Shown piece by piece: positions 24,501-37,209 of a stretch of DNA of 43,383 nucleotides. The notes beneath the pieces are model-generated. The model did not search any database and was not told where the DNA came from. It worked only from the letters and a program-made list of their open reading frames with translations. The stretch is taken from assembly GCF_001194135.2 (NCBI RefSeq), contig NC_068984.1:65312286-65355668 (forward strand), written 5' to 3'. How positions within the stretch are numbered: the stretch's first letter is position 1; every line of letters begins with the position of its first letter. Made by a program: the position numbers and the translations under genes. This stretch comes from Octopus bimaculoides. Lineage: Eukaryota.

Positions 24501-25198
24501 TTCATGTGAGAGAAAGACCAAAAGTGAGAGTAAAGAACAAATTGTCAGGAAAACAAAACAGTTGTTGTATGACTGGAATGCTTACAGCAGAATCTGATTT
24601 GAGGTGAAAGCTGCATGGAAAACAGAGGAAGAGGGAGTAAAATCATGCTACAGTGTGGTTCAAAAACCCTGGATATTCTTTGGTAGAATCAATACTGCTC
24701 AGCACTGCTAGAGGTAGCAATACTAACAAAAGGTGCCAACATTAGCTGAGAACTGATACAGGGATTATTCCATAGAGTAGGTGTAAGAATTATGACCTGG
24801 TAGTTAGGGTGTTGCACTCATGATCATAAGATCATAATTTCAATTCTCAGACCACCTATGCATTATGTTCTTGAGCAAAACACTTCATTTCATATTGCTC
24901 CAGTCCACTCAACTGTAGATGGGTAAAACAGAGCAAATGATTATAAATAAGTATTTGTGTCAGCTGATGGAATATCAGAAATACACTTCTGTGGTTTTTA
25001 AAAAAATTTACTTATTTCTTTTTATGATAGAAAAAAGTTTTTTAAATAAATAAAAAGATATTAACAGAAAACATATATATATAAAATAAAATGAAACAAA
25101 ATACTCCAGCATGCACATGAATTTATGCAGAGCAACAGAAAAGAAAAATGAAATAAGTTGAAAAAATATTTCTATGATGATGCCAATGGTATAGATAT

Positions 25199-25265
25199 CA
25201 CCATCATCAACATCATCACCATCATCATCATCATCACCATCTCTGTCACCACCATCATCATCATT
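25199..25265. repeat. Imperfect (CAT/CAC)n trinucleotide repeat
   Basis: Read directly from the sequence. Confidence 0.9.
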
Positions 25266-26319
25266 TTCTTTGCAGTCATCATCAATATTGTCATAATCAT
25301 AACTCTGCTTGTTATCCTCACATCAAAATAGTATGAAGATCAAGTAAGCATCCATTTCAAAGTTAATTGTAAATATTCCTGTCATGTTAACTAAGATATT
25401 TTATGAATTCTAGTGTCATACATTGCATTTAATGTTGCAATAAGTTTAGTTATGTGAGTACCTGTATCCTCATACATTCATGTATATATAGGTATATATC
25501 ATCATCATTTAACATCAGTTTTCCATGCTAGCATTGGTTGGACAGTTTGACACGAGCTGGTGAGACCACACCAAGCTCCATTGTCTGCTTTGACATGGTT
25601 TCTAGGGCTGGATGCCCTTCCTGATGCCAGTCACTTTACAGAGTGTACTGGGTGCTTTCTACATGGCACCAGCACCAACAGGGTCATCAAGTACCTTTCA
25701 AGACAAAACTTCTTCAGGTGAGATGGGGAGAGTAATAATGAGAGGGGTGGTTTGTGCCAGTGCCATTCGATGAGTGATTAAAGGCACAGAGGGATAGAAA
25801 TAATTGTCTTGCTCTAAAGTAGTTACATGGATATCCCAGGAGGGCAAATTAGAGAGTAAAATGAAGAGGGCAGATGAGCCAGAGAGTAAAATAAAGAGAT
25901 CAATAGAAAGAGAGAGATGGGTGAAGATGAGTGAGGACATGCTTTCAAGGGACTGCACATGCATATTTTTACAGTGCACTTATAAATCAGCTAGTACTCT
26001 TTGTCCTTTCAAACTGCATGTTAATGCTAACATACTGATTTTTTATGTTCAAAATATCTGGGCCTTAAATGCCCAGTAACATTCTGTTTACATTTTCTCT
26101 CCTTCTATTCATAGTACACATCCAACAGACAATACTTCCATAATCCATTTCCAAGTGTTGCAAATCTATCACATTCAGAAATGTAAAGGGCTTCTCATTT
26201 GTGTCAGTCTGCAAGTAAAAGAAGCTAAATGTTCTTTCAATCACACTATGTTATCTAAAGAAAATTAGTTGGTGCATATCACATACACGTACATTTATAT
26301 GCACATATATATGTACGGC

Positions 26320-26351
<32 letters not shown>

Positions 26352-26457
26352 AGAGAGACAGAGCATAAATAAAAATTTATATATATGCAAAAATATATAT
26401 GCATATATACATATATATAGCCACATATATGAGTGTGTGTGTATGAGTATATATATG

Positions 26458-26501
<44 letters not shown>

Positions 26502-27584
26502 CATAAATACATAAACACATGCACAACCACATATATTATGTATATATATTATATATATGCATATATGTTAAAATGCGTACCTGGAATGAGGGAGGGTGGC
26601 AGATAAAATTAAACTGAAGCAGATTTTCTATTGTTAAATTTTCTTCCTGTCACTAATCCTGTTTCTAGGCAAGATAATATTTCATGATGACAGGACAAGT
26701 TTTTTTTATAAAAGATTGCAAATAATTGACATCATGTGTACATATGACAGTAATGTCTATTTGCAATTAGTGCCCAATGTCAAGACAAGGAGATGCTAAT
26801 ACACATGCATGAGTACATACGCATGCACTCATGCAAACACATATGTATAATGTACACACACACACACAGATAAGCAGTGGTGAGTAAATGAGAGGCCTAG
26901 TATTTACACTTCTAAAACTGAAACAATTTACTTTATTTAGAACAAATAGTGTGATTTAAATTTAAATACACAAACATTTATGCCCTTTCCCTCGCAATAA
27001 CTGAAATTAGTAACATTGAAATCTAATCTTATTCCAAGATTTCATATACATTTGGCTACTACTCAAAATATTTCACAATTTGTTTTGAATATCTAATGAC
27101 AGAGATTGGAACTGAATTTTGAACACCCAATACTTAGAGTATATTATGGAAAAATGAAAAGAAAACACAAATGGATTTCTTTCTTTTTTTCCTTTTTTTT
27201 TTTTGAGGAGAAAATATATAAAGTTGTACAATAGGGAAGAACATTTTTACATTTAGGTTGTTAGATTTAATCACAGATTAATTCAAAATATTTCATCTAA
27301 TCTCAACAAATCTTCAATAAACTTCTTCAAGAATGGGTTTGTTAATTATAGAAAAGAATACATTTCTAATTCCTCCTCTTGATAGTTAAAGTTTATTCTT
27401 TTACACATTATAGTTGTTCATATAACCAGAAAGAACATTATTTTATGAAGGATTAATTTTTTGTGAATGATATTGGTTTTCGAAAGAGGGAGCTTGAAGA
27501 AATAAGAATAATTTACCCAACTATAAAATGCAATATTTGCAGTGGAACAAAAATTTGTGGTTTCTGTATGAAAATTTTCATGTG

Positions 27585-27588
<4 letters not shown>

Positions 27589-27646
<58 letters not shown>
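27589..27646. repeat. (TA)n microsatellite (others at 1-39, 1283-1310, 5033-5068, 33160-33200, 43340-43383)
   Basis: Read directly from the sequence. Confidence 0.95.
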
Positions 27647-27648
<2 letters not shown>

Positions 27649-28699
27649 GATTCACATGAAAATACATAGTTAAATTGTATAGATATTTCGTTACATTTGT
27701 TGAGTGAAATTTATAAAACAATAGATATTCTCTATAACAGAATTACATTATCCGTTCAGTCATATCACTGTTACTGATTTTAAGATGAACAAAATTTTTA
27801 GCAAAACTTTAGAACTCTGTGTTTCCAAGAAAATGAACAACAGGCTGAAATTCAAGCTTTTTAATAACTAACTACGTGGCTTAAGTTAGATATTCAAAAT
27901 GGTTTCGCTTGTTTTTAGTAAAGTCACATAACAAAACAAGTGACTGAGAATAAAGTTGGGTTTTTTTTTTCCCAGATCAAAAATATAACAGAAAAGTATT
28001 GATGCTTTTATGCAAGGGATTCTGATGTTTTCATGCAAGAGATATGAATTCTGAGCAAGAGAATTCCTCACAGGTTCATGATGGACTAACAGTAACTACT
28101 TCCTAACTGATATATAGATATTTACTTGCTGAAATATGACAAGTCTTGTGGAAAGCATTATGCATGAACCAGCTGTTATATCACTACTTCAAAGAAAATG
28201 TGAACGGAATGGTTTTAGTTGGTTTTATTCAATGATAGATAACAAGGTTTAATAACATAGAAATATCTGCAAAATATTTCTTCTGATTTGTATTACAAGT
28301 AATTTACTTATTTCATTTCTTAAATGCTGTAGATAAGTTTAAAATGCATGGTGAATATAAGGAAATTTCCAAAGTACAAGTAAATACTGAAAGTTATATT
28401 ATTAAATGCTTGCAAACATAGAAAAATTAATGTAAAATGAATATGATTTAATTTATTTCTTGAGAGCAGGTGAGGAATTTTTATTTTGATATAAGAAAAT
28501 GTCTTTACTGCATAAATAGGAAAGGTAGTCTATTCTAGTCCATGCATGTAATAGTTGATATTCCTATTGTGGTGCTGCTGAGAGCAGCAGATCTAATATG
28601 CCATAGTATCAAAATTTATACTATCAAGGAATGTATTTTATATCTATAATTCTAAACTGACATAATATCAATATTTCAGCACCTATTTCCTTATGATGA

Positions 28700-28945
28700 T
28701 AACAACAATAACAACAATGATGGCAGTTCTACCAAAAATCCTTTCAATTATAGGCACAAAGTTTGAAACTTGTTGGGAGGAGGTTAGTCAATTACATTGA
28801 CAACAGTACATGAGTGGTACTTATTTTATTGATTCTGAAAGGATGAAAGACAAAGTCAACCATGGTAGCATTTGAACACAAGATGTAAAGACAAAGTGAT
28901 TCTAAGCATTTTGTCTGGTATGCTAACAATTCTGCTATCACACCA
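28700..28945 (-). mobile_element. Degenerate SINE (related copies at about 21170-21355, 34800-34965, 38780-39000 on -, and 38395-38570, 40600-40805 on +)
   Basis: Shared GTACTTATTT.AT.GA.CCTGAAAGGATGAAAG.CAAAGTC.ACC...GG.A..ATTTGAACTC motif. Confidence 0.65.
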
Positions 28946-30072
28946 CCCTTGTTATACCAAAAATGGTAAAGGTTTAGAATGAGAGACTGAGGCATAGATA
29001 ACAACATTAAAGATTTTCTTTTATTAAACAGTTTTTATAGGCATACCATACAATGATGTATGGTTATTTTTAAAGTGGTTGTACTTTTGAAAGTATGTTA
29101 ATTTTTTCTTAAGTATGTAAGCTTTAAATTGAAGAAAATTCCTTTGCATTCATTTCTTTATCTAAGTATATACATTTAAATCTTAGAAATTCTTTGATGT
29201 TGCAATAACCAAATTAATGTTAAAATTTTCAATAATCATATGGTTATTAACATAATAATTATATCACAATTATATCATCTAAATAGAAAACCTAATTCAA
29301 AAAACTTGATAGGTTAAAGACAATTGATCTTTTGATTAATTTCTGTGCTATTAAGAATAACCAGTCAAAATTGGATCTTTTCTTGTTAGTGTAGCTAATT
29401 GAAAGAATAAGCTAGTTACTTACAAGAGATATTACTCTGGAAGTTAATTTCATTTATTTATTCATAAAATCATTTCTTGGCTTGCCTTCTTTTACATTTT
29501 GTTTATTTTTTTCTGACAAAATTAGCTGTTGTTACTGTACTAAGGCTAATTGGAACCAAAACAATGTGCTGAAAATAAACAAAAATCTTCTTAAGAAAGG
29601 AAGTATAAGAGATGTCTATAAAATTCAAACATTTTTCTTTGAAGCTACTTTTCGGTTTCAGTTAATTAAGTCTTTAGCTGAAACTTTATGAGGACTACTT
29701 CTAGTATAATCATTTGATAAGATTTCTAACAGTGGAGCAATATATTATGAGTCAAAGCCTTATATTGGCAAAGCAAGAATCATATGAATATTTTGGAATC
29801 AGAACTCATAAAACTAACAAAAAAAAAAAAAAAGAATGAGTAATCTAAGAACAAGGAAAAAGTAGACAAACAAAACTGTGTAAGCTAAATCGCTTAATCA
29901 AAAAATCAACTTTTAAAAACTGTCACCGATTCAGAAGAATGTTATTAACATATTAGCAACATCACTCAAAAGATGACATTATTCAAAAACATATTCTTCA
30001 TATATCAGCAAATCTATGAATATAATATAACTTATACATTTCTTTGTTTGCATTTTTTTGATAATAACCCAC

Positions 30073-30444
30073 CTGTGACTGCCCTTGATTCTATGATACA
30101 AATTATCTGTTTTAAAGGGATCTAAATTAAAGATATCTATCAAAATTTCATATTATGCTCCAAACACCAGATTAATAATGACTAAGCTATTTTATTAGAG
30201 TGTGGAAAATTTTCAAAATTTATCCATACAAAGGCAATGTATTTCAACAGAAATATAGTAACAAATGGGTTAAGATGCACGGTTTAAAAAAAAAAATTAT
30301 CATGCTAGTTTCTACAAAAGATATTACCTACAGAATATGGCTCAATATATATTTTATTATGTATATCATTCATGGCAACATTCCTTATTTGATACTTATG
30401 GATATAATGGTGCTTCATAGGAACTTCAAGAATATATGGTGCTA
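30073..30444 (-). CDS. Candidate exon pair (30328-30444, 30073-30121), possibly of the same antisense gene
   Basis: Acceptors ctatttcataatag and atctttaatttag; donors GTAG|gtaata and CAG|gtgggt. Phases 1-1 and 1-2 join in frame: APYILEVPMKHHYIHKYQIRNVAMNDIHNKIYIEPYSVDPFKTDNLYHRIKGSH. No homology recognised. Confidence 0.35.
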
Positions 30445-33094
30445 CTATTATGAAATAGATGTTAATATTCAAAATCACATGGAAAGTGTTTGGCACATAT
30501 AAAGTTTTGGAAAATCACCTATTTCATTACCAACTGGGCTTTATGTTACATTAATTTAGGTGATATACCAAGAACTAAATTTTAATGATTATAGTCCTAG
30601 CAACATTGATAATTTAATAAAGGAACTATAACACATTATGGAAGTACTGTACTCATGAAAATCTTATTGCAAAGTGGAAATTCTGAAATGAAGTATATTT
30701 TCCCATTGAAGTCTATTCTATGTTGATGTTCAGCAACATAGATTTCACATTACAGAACTCCATGATATAGCAAGATTTTCAGGAATGCAGTGCTTCCATA
30801 ATGCAAGGATTCTGTAATGTATTTGTAACAGACAATTGGAGAAACAAGGGATGCAAAATAAGATAAAGCAAAAACGGTAGCAATACTTTTCAAAATGTCT
30901 TTAATGAAGAAAATAAAATCCTTATCAAAATAGCAAAACTGTAATCCATTCAAAGACAAAAATTTCCAACTCCTGTTTAACTTCTATAAGTAGTAGTAGC
31001 AGCAGCAGTAAGAGTAGGTTTTTATGTCCATTTTTTTCTAAGCTGACATTTGTTGGACAAATCATGTGGAGGCATTTAAAAACAATTTTTTGATGACAGA
31101 TGCTCTTCTTGCCATCAACACATTTGTTTTTTAGGTAATGTGTTTTTATTCCAATGGTCCTCACACATTGAAATTGCTGATGACACTGAATCTATGGGAA
31201 AGTTTGTTTACTGGTGAACATCAACAATGTCACTATTTTTTGTTCAAGTGGTATTAAGGAAGTTATATAGAAACAGTTTTTATACAACCACACAAACCCA
31301 CAGGTATGCACATGTGTATACACACAAACATATATATACACGCATACATAACAAAGTTTGATTTCTACAAAGTTCTTAAAAAGATTTCACCTGGATTTTT
31401 AATTCCTTTTTCTTTAGTGCTTTTATTCCTCTAATACATTAGAGTGCCTGCAGTGGATTACCTTTCCAATGGAGAAGCTATTCGTTGATACATCATTAAA
31501 AGATATACCTTTACCGTAAAAAAAGGGAATATCTAAAAACTTTCATCAATAAGACCAACTCTTTTCCATGATGTATAATATAGAGGGCCTATCACTTTGA
31601 TAGAGATAAAGATAATGAACTTTTCCAATGAAAAATCTCTCAACAAGCTAAACTGTTTATGTAACGGTAAAAATCATCTCAAATGTCCACTGGATAACTG
31701 ATGTTCAAGAAAGAACTTAGTGCACAAATATTCGGTAACAACAGAGAATCTTGTGCAATTGACTTCAAGTTGAGATTATATAATAACATTTCCTTGTTTA
31801 AATTTAGAAGAAAAGAAAACTTCACTTCTTCAAGTAAATTCTTCTGGAGCCTAAAAAGAGAGGTATGATATTAAATAGTTTATAAGTGGTGAACTACTGC
31901 ATAATGGTGATGAATTAAAATGTAACTTATGCCCTGATGAGACACTGCATATCCTTACATCCAAATCCTACATACTGAATAAAAGAAATTAATTAATGTT
32001 AAGATGTTTACACTTATTTTGAAGAACATTAAAATCCTTCACTAATAAACTGAGTAATGATCAGTACACCCTAATATAATAGATTGGGTATGTCTTCTAG
32101 TTCCAGTACACTTGATATACATAACAATGTGATAGTATTATTTACTTCAGCACTATTCTTTTACTCAATATTCTAATTTTTATTGCTTTAATTTTATTAT
32201 TATTATCGTTGTTGTTGTTTCTATTATTATTTAAATCATAAAACTCTACAATTAGATCATTTAGTTTTGTTTAATTATTTTCTCCTTATTTTTAAATTTA
32301 CATTAATGTATTTTGATTTTTTCTATTAATTTACAAAAAGATTTATTTGTAGGTAATTTTGATCCAATTGTTTTTTTTTTCACCTTAGGTTATTTTAACC
32401 AATTACTTATCTTAAATTTTAAGCTATAATTATTAATTCCTCTAAGTAAAACAATCTCTCCTAAATAAAATATATTCCTTAGTAAATAAATACTGATTAG
32501 TTTCTTTGCCTTCCAGTCAAAGCCTATATTTAAAATTAATACTGATCAAATGAAATTCCATTGTGACCTAAATAATATGTCTTATGTACAACTTTAGCTA
32601 TATTTGCTTCCTCGACCATTGAGGTCAATAACAGTTTTACAGTAATAAGGATTTTTGCCATATCATATTTCAATACAACCTTAAACTTACAATTGCTAAG
32701 TAGGTCTGCTGGTATACATATCTACCTCTTGTTTTACCCCAAAACTGTCATGCTTAAAATTATACATTTCCTTTAAACTGTTCTCTGTTCACCATTCTAA
32801 GCAGTGTGATGAAGCTTTCAGAAGGATATGTTGGTGTTACGTTATCGATCTCTACAGAATTCTAGTTGATCAAATATGGATCAATTAATAGTGAATGTGT
32901 GTGCGTGTGTGTGAAGTCACATGGCTCAGTGGTTAGGGTGTTGTGCAGGCAATCCCTAAGATCATGCATTCGATTCCTGGACCAGGTGATGCATTATGTT
33001 TTTGAACAAAACACTTCATTTCACATTGCTCTGTGAGTAGCAAAGTGACAGAATCATTGGTGTGTCAGTAGAAATGATTCACAGTATATCTACA

Positions 33095-33128
<34 letters not shown>

Positions 33129-33152
33129 TTAGGGATACAATCCAAAATTACA

Positions 33153-33200
<48 letters not shown>

Positions 33201-33270
33201 NNNNNNNNNNAACTAAAATTAAATTAAATTATATATATATATATATATATACACATACATATATAAAATT

Positions 33271-33316
<46 letters not shown>

Positions 33317-33432
33317 CATACATATATATATATACATATATATATACATATGTGTGTGTATGTATGTATGCATGCATTTATGTATGTATATTTGTATGTA
33401 TGTATGTGAGTACGTACTTATTTAAGGCTTAC

Positions 33433-34129
33433 CTCTCACAGTCTATTTTAATGCTGTGATCTACAAGGTGATTAACATTAGGTGAAGCAGTGTCTAAGAC
33501 TTCAGAAAAAAATCCATGATCTGTAAATAATTATTAAACAAATTATAAAAATCAATATGAGTTGATGGAACGATAGATCACAGCAATATGTAAAGAACAG
33601 ATATTGTGCAACTTTAGTAATTAGCAATCTCTTCTGTTCTTAACAAGTGGCATCAGAATGGCATTATAGCTAGTGAGTATAACTGCTTTCTCAAAGGTCA
33701 AAAGGTTAGTAATAGAATTAGAACGCCCATCAAAATGTTTTGTAATACAACAGTTTTTCTTTTCTACATTCTTAGGAAATATTCTTGGAGAGTCAACATT
33801 GGTTTTATCACTCCTTGCTCTCATCCTTCTCAGCATCATTGTTTTGACGTCCTATTTCCCATACTTACATAGGTTGGATGGAACTAGATTTTCTGCAATG
33901 CACCGAAGACTGCAAATGAAGGACACTATATGCATGACAGTGACAATTGTTTGCAACTATGTAAACAAGTTCGTCAAGATGAATGAAGAAATAGTAACAC
34001 ACATGCGCGAGCGCGCGTACATTAATATTCATATATATATGTAGAATTTTACAGTGTTGGCACAGAAACAATTGTAACTGATCATTAAAGATGTGTTAAA
34101 ATATTTCTTTGTCTTGTTTGGATTGTGTG

Positions 34130-34160
<31 letters not shown>

Positions 34161-34494
34161 AAACATGCGTCTTTCAGTTTCTATCTACTAAATGCACTCA
34201 CAAAACTTTGATTGACCCAAGGCTAGGTAAAAGTTGCCCAAAGTGTTACACAGTGGGACTGAACCTGAAACCATGTGGCTGGGAAGTAAACTTCTTACCA
34301 CACAGCCACGCCTATAGCATAGAAAGTTTTAATAGACTGATGTTAGAAAGAGAATATAAATTACAAAAAGTAGTTTTGATTAGACATATTGCTAAAATGA
34401 TGAGACTCTTCTCTGTTAATTTGAAATTGAGGGAGGGCAAAAGCTAAGTTGCTGGTGGTGAACCGTGGAGGCAATTCCTGTTTGATTTCCAGTT
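33433..34494 (-). CDS. Candidate antisense multi-exon gene, core of three exons (34365-34494, 33869-33909, 33433-33520); product unknown
   Basis: All three have AG acceptors with pyrimidine tracts (tttcttattacttag, gtccttcatttgcag, aattatttacag) and GT donors (gtaatt, gtaagt, gtaagc). Phases are 1-2, 2-1 and 1-2, and the spliced frame is stop-free: [85 protein letters not shown]. No homology recognised. Confidence 0.45.
34115..34312 (-). mobile_element. SINE 5' half (family of 1123-1732)
   Basis: CTTTCAGTTTC...TTGCCCAAAGTG..ACACAGTGGGACTGAACCTGAAACCATGTGG...CTTCTTACCACACAGCCACGCC is the reverse complement of the head. Confidence 0.8.
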
Positions 34495-36135
34495 CTAAGT
34501 AATAAGAAACTTCACTTAGTTACCCAATCTCTTTCACTTCACTAATAATCCTTTCTATTGTAGGCACATCATCATCATAATCATCACTTAATGTCTGTTT
34601 TCCATGCTGGCATGAGTTGAAGTGTTTGATAAGAGCTGTCCAGGCACCTTTGTCTGTTTCGGCATGGTTTCTATGGTTGGACGCTCTTCTTAGTGCTAAC
34701 CATTTTACAGAGTGCACTGGGTGCTTTTTACATGCCAGTAGCATGGGTATTTTTTTACATGGTGCTGGCACAAGGTCTGAAATTTGGTTGAGGTGCTACT
34801 TGATTCCATCAACCCCCAACACATAACTGGTACTTATTTCATCAAGCCTGAAAGGATGAAAGGCACAGTCGACCTTGGCAGAATTTGAACTCGGAACAAA
34901 GATGAACAATATGCCAATAAGCACTTTGTCAAGCATACTTATGATTCTGCTTGCTCACTACCTTATTCACTCCACTTATTACAAATGTGAAAGAAATTCT
35001 TCTTAACTCCAATATAATGGTCTTTTAATTTAATTTTATATTTTCTCCCCTCAGATATTGCTGGTGTATTGAAAATAAATTTTATTGTTTGAATAAATTT
35101 ATTATATAGTTTTATTTATAAGTCATTGAGTGTGCCCAATTATTATGGGTGATTTTAATTCAAAAGTAGGATATCTTTATTCAGTATATTCTATGTGCAT
35201 GTGCAAACATATCATTGGCCAACACAATGCCCATAGTCTCTGTTTAGCAAATGTCTGGCAGTGTAACAATCTCTCAATAGCAAACAGTCGTTTCCAAAAG
35301 TAAAGGCTCCATACCTGGGCCTCTCCATATAGAAATAATAAATAATCACCTAAGTGCAATGGCAGTGAGCAGGAACAGAATTGGAAATATATTTGTAATG
35401 TTTCAAATCTGTTGCAAGCCAAACTAACAATTAAAGAAAGTATTCAGGGAAGATATGAAAAATAAAAAACACTATAAGCTATAACTGGGGTTATGTATTA
35501 CTGATCTAATCCGCTATAAACTCCTCCTTGTAAATTATTGTGCATTGCACCTTTGTTAGTAATTCTTACTGACACTCCAGTTCATCTGATCATCAGAACA
35601 GCCTGCTGGCAAAAATAACATGTAAGTGGCTGAGCACCCCACAGACATGCATACCCTTAATGTAGTTCTCAGGGAAATTCAGCTGGCCTTCTCAATTACA
35701 GGTACTACTCACTTTTGCCAACTGATTGGACTGGAGCAACATGAAATAAAGTGTCTTGCTCAAGGACACAATGTGTCACCAGGAATTGAAATCCTGACCT
35801 TTTGATCATGAGCAAGAAATCCTAACCACTAAGCCACACACCTTCACTGTTAGTAATTACAATTTCACAAATATAATTCTGGCCTCTCACAGACACAACC
35901 AAATTAGACAATATAGTTCATCAGCATATTCTAATTTATAACCATTTGTTGCTTTTTATTATTCCTCCTGTGCTAAAATGACCTAAGAGCAAAATATAAA
36001 TCAGGGTGAATTCAATTCACAACATCCCATATACTAAACAATCTGTGGCAGTATGTCAGCTTTGTTTTATGTAATTTAAATCATATTACCAAATATCTTC
36101 TAATTTATTTAATTTTTTCATTATGTTCCTTGTAG

Positions 36136-36232
36136 GCTATGTTATGTTGCTGGCAGAGAAGGGCATTTTCCACGAGTATTTTCATACATTCATCATAAGA
36201 ACCTCACACCAGTGCCATCAGTCATCTTCACA
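36136..36232 (+). CDS. SLC7A9: SLC7 (LAT/HAT family) amino acid transporter light chain, b0,+AT-like; internal exon equivalent to vertebrate exon 10
   Basis: Acceptor ttccttgtag, donor ACA|gtaaga, 97 nt, phase 2 to 0. Translates (R)[32 protein letters not shown], matching the LAT-family motif R-L-x-YVAGREGH...LTP.P (human SLC7A9 [31 protein letters not shown], from memory). Confidence 0.93.
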
Positions 36233-37059
36233 GTAAGAGTTTTTTTACTTTATTTTTAAACAAATATTCACAAAGTTGCTCGTGCTTAGTTTTGCAGAAT
36301 AAGCTCCATAATGCAAGCCACAAAGAGACCTCTGTTTCCATTATTAATCTAAAATATTTTGAAATGTTATGATGTTTATAAGATTCATTTTGTAAAAAGC
36401 AGGAGACACATATTACAGATTGTGTGAATGCTTTTAGAATCATATGCATTTAACAATGCATATTTTCTATGGAGATGTCAATAACATCTTATTAATTGAT
36501 CATCAGCTACTGTCAATGAGAGAGAGTGGATTTCTTAAAGAAATATGTAAGATTTAAACATTGCAGTCAACTTGAAGGCCAAGCTGGGACATGAACTTAA
36601 GTCATTTGAAGCATAATGCATGTTACTTCAGGAGTCTCATAATACAATATGCCATATTGACTCTAATGAAGCCTCCATTTTCATACTATATTTATCTATC
36701 CTAAATCAAGAGTAAAATATTCAATCCAAACAAACTGATGATATCAACTTAGCAGAGGCACACTTTCCAAACCAGATGATATTGAAATCAACATTTCAAG
36801 CTCTCAACTGAACAGTATTATTTCTTGTTAATGGTCTGCTGACCTATCTACTGATTTTTTTTTTTTTTTTTGCAGTTAGAGAATGATGTCTTTTGAAGAT
36901 TAAGTGCTTCAGTCAACATTTAGTGCCAGATGGCATCAAATTCTTGACTGGATATCCCATATTTTACTGACTTGACCATTCATATTATTAGCTTAGGTTA
37001 TTTTCTATACTTTAAGAGTGAAATGTTATCTATTAATTTTTATTTTTATTCAATTTCAG

Positions 37060-37209
37060 GCTTTGATGGGAATCATCATCATTATCCCAGGGAAAATATC
37101 AACTTTAATTGATTTTTATAGTTTCTCTGCATGGACTGTTTATGGAATAGGTGCCTTTACGGTAATATATTTACGGATTACTCAACCCAATCTTAAAAGA
37201 CCTTTAAAG
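37060..37209 (+). CDS. SLC7A9: SLC7A9-like transporter exon (equivalent to exon 11)
   Basis: Acceptor ttcaatttcag, donor AAG|gtaaga, 150 nt, phase 0 to 0. ALMGIIIIIPGKISTLIDFYSFSAWTVYGIGAFTVIYLRITQPNLKRPLK matches the LAT-family segment IPGDI..L..YFSF..W..YG......R......RP.K. Confidence 0.95.

Noticed and set aside
30925-31191. 88-codon minus frame with poly-Leu as a full exon
   Set aside because: The Leu run derives from a (CTR)n microsatellite and no strong in-frame donor was found; kept only as part of the uncertain exon cluster.
31934-31960. Second hammerhead core (CTGATGAG)
   Set aside because: No stem II and no downstream GAAA box.
33673-34044. Hydrophobic + strand 123-aa ORF as the missing transporter exon
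   Set aside because: No LAT-family motif, no suitable phase-2 donor, and it overlaps the minus-strand exon candidates.
36855-36900. Strong + strand acceptor (T)17GCAG inside the transporter intron
   Set aside because: No donor-bounded open exon follows, and the flanking exons already join in frame with family-typical spacing.
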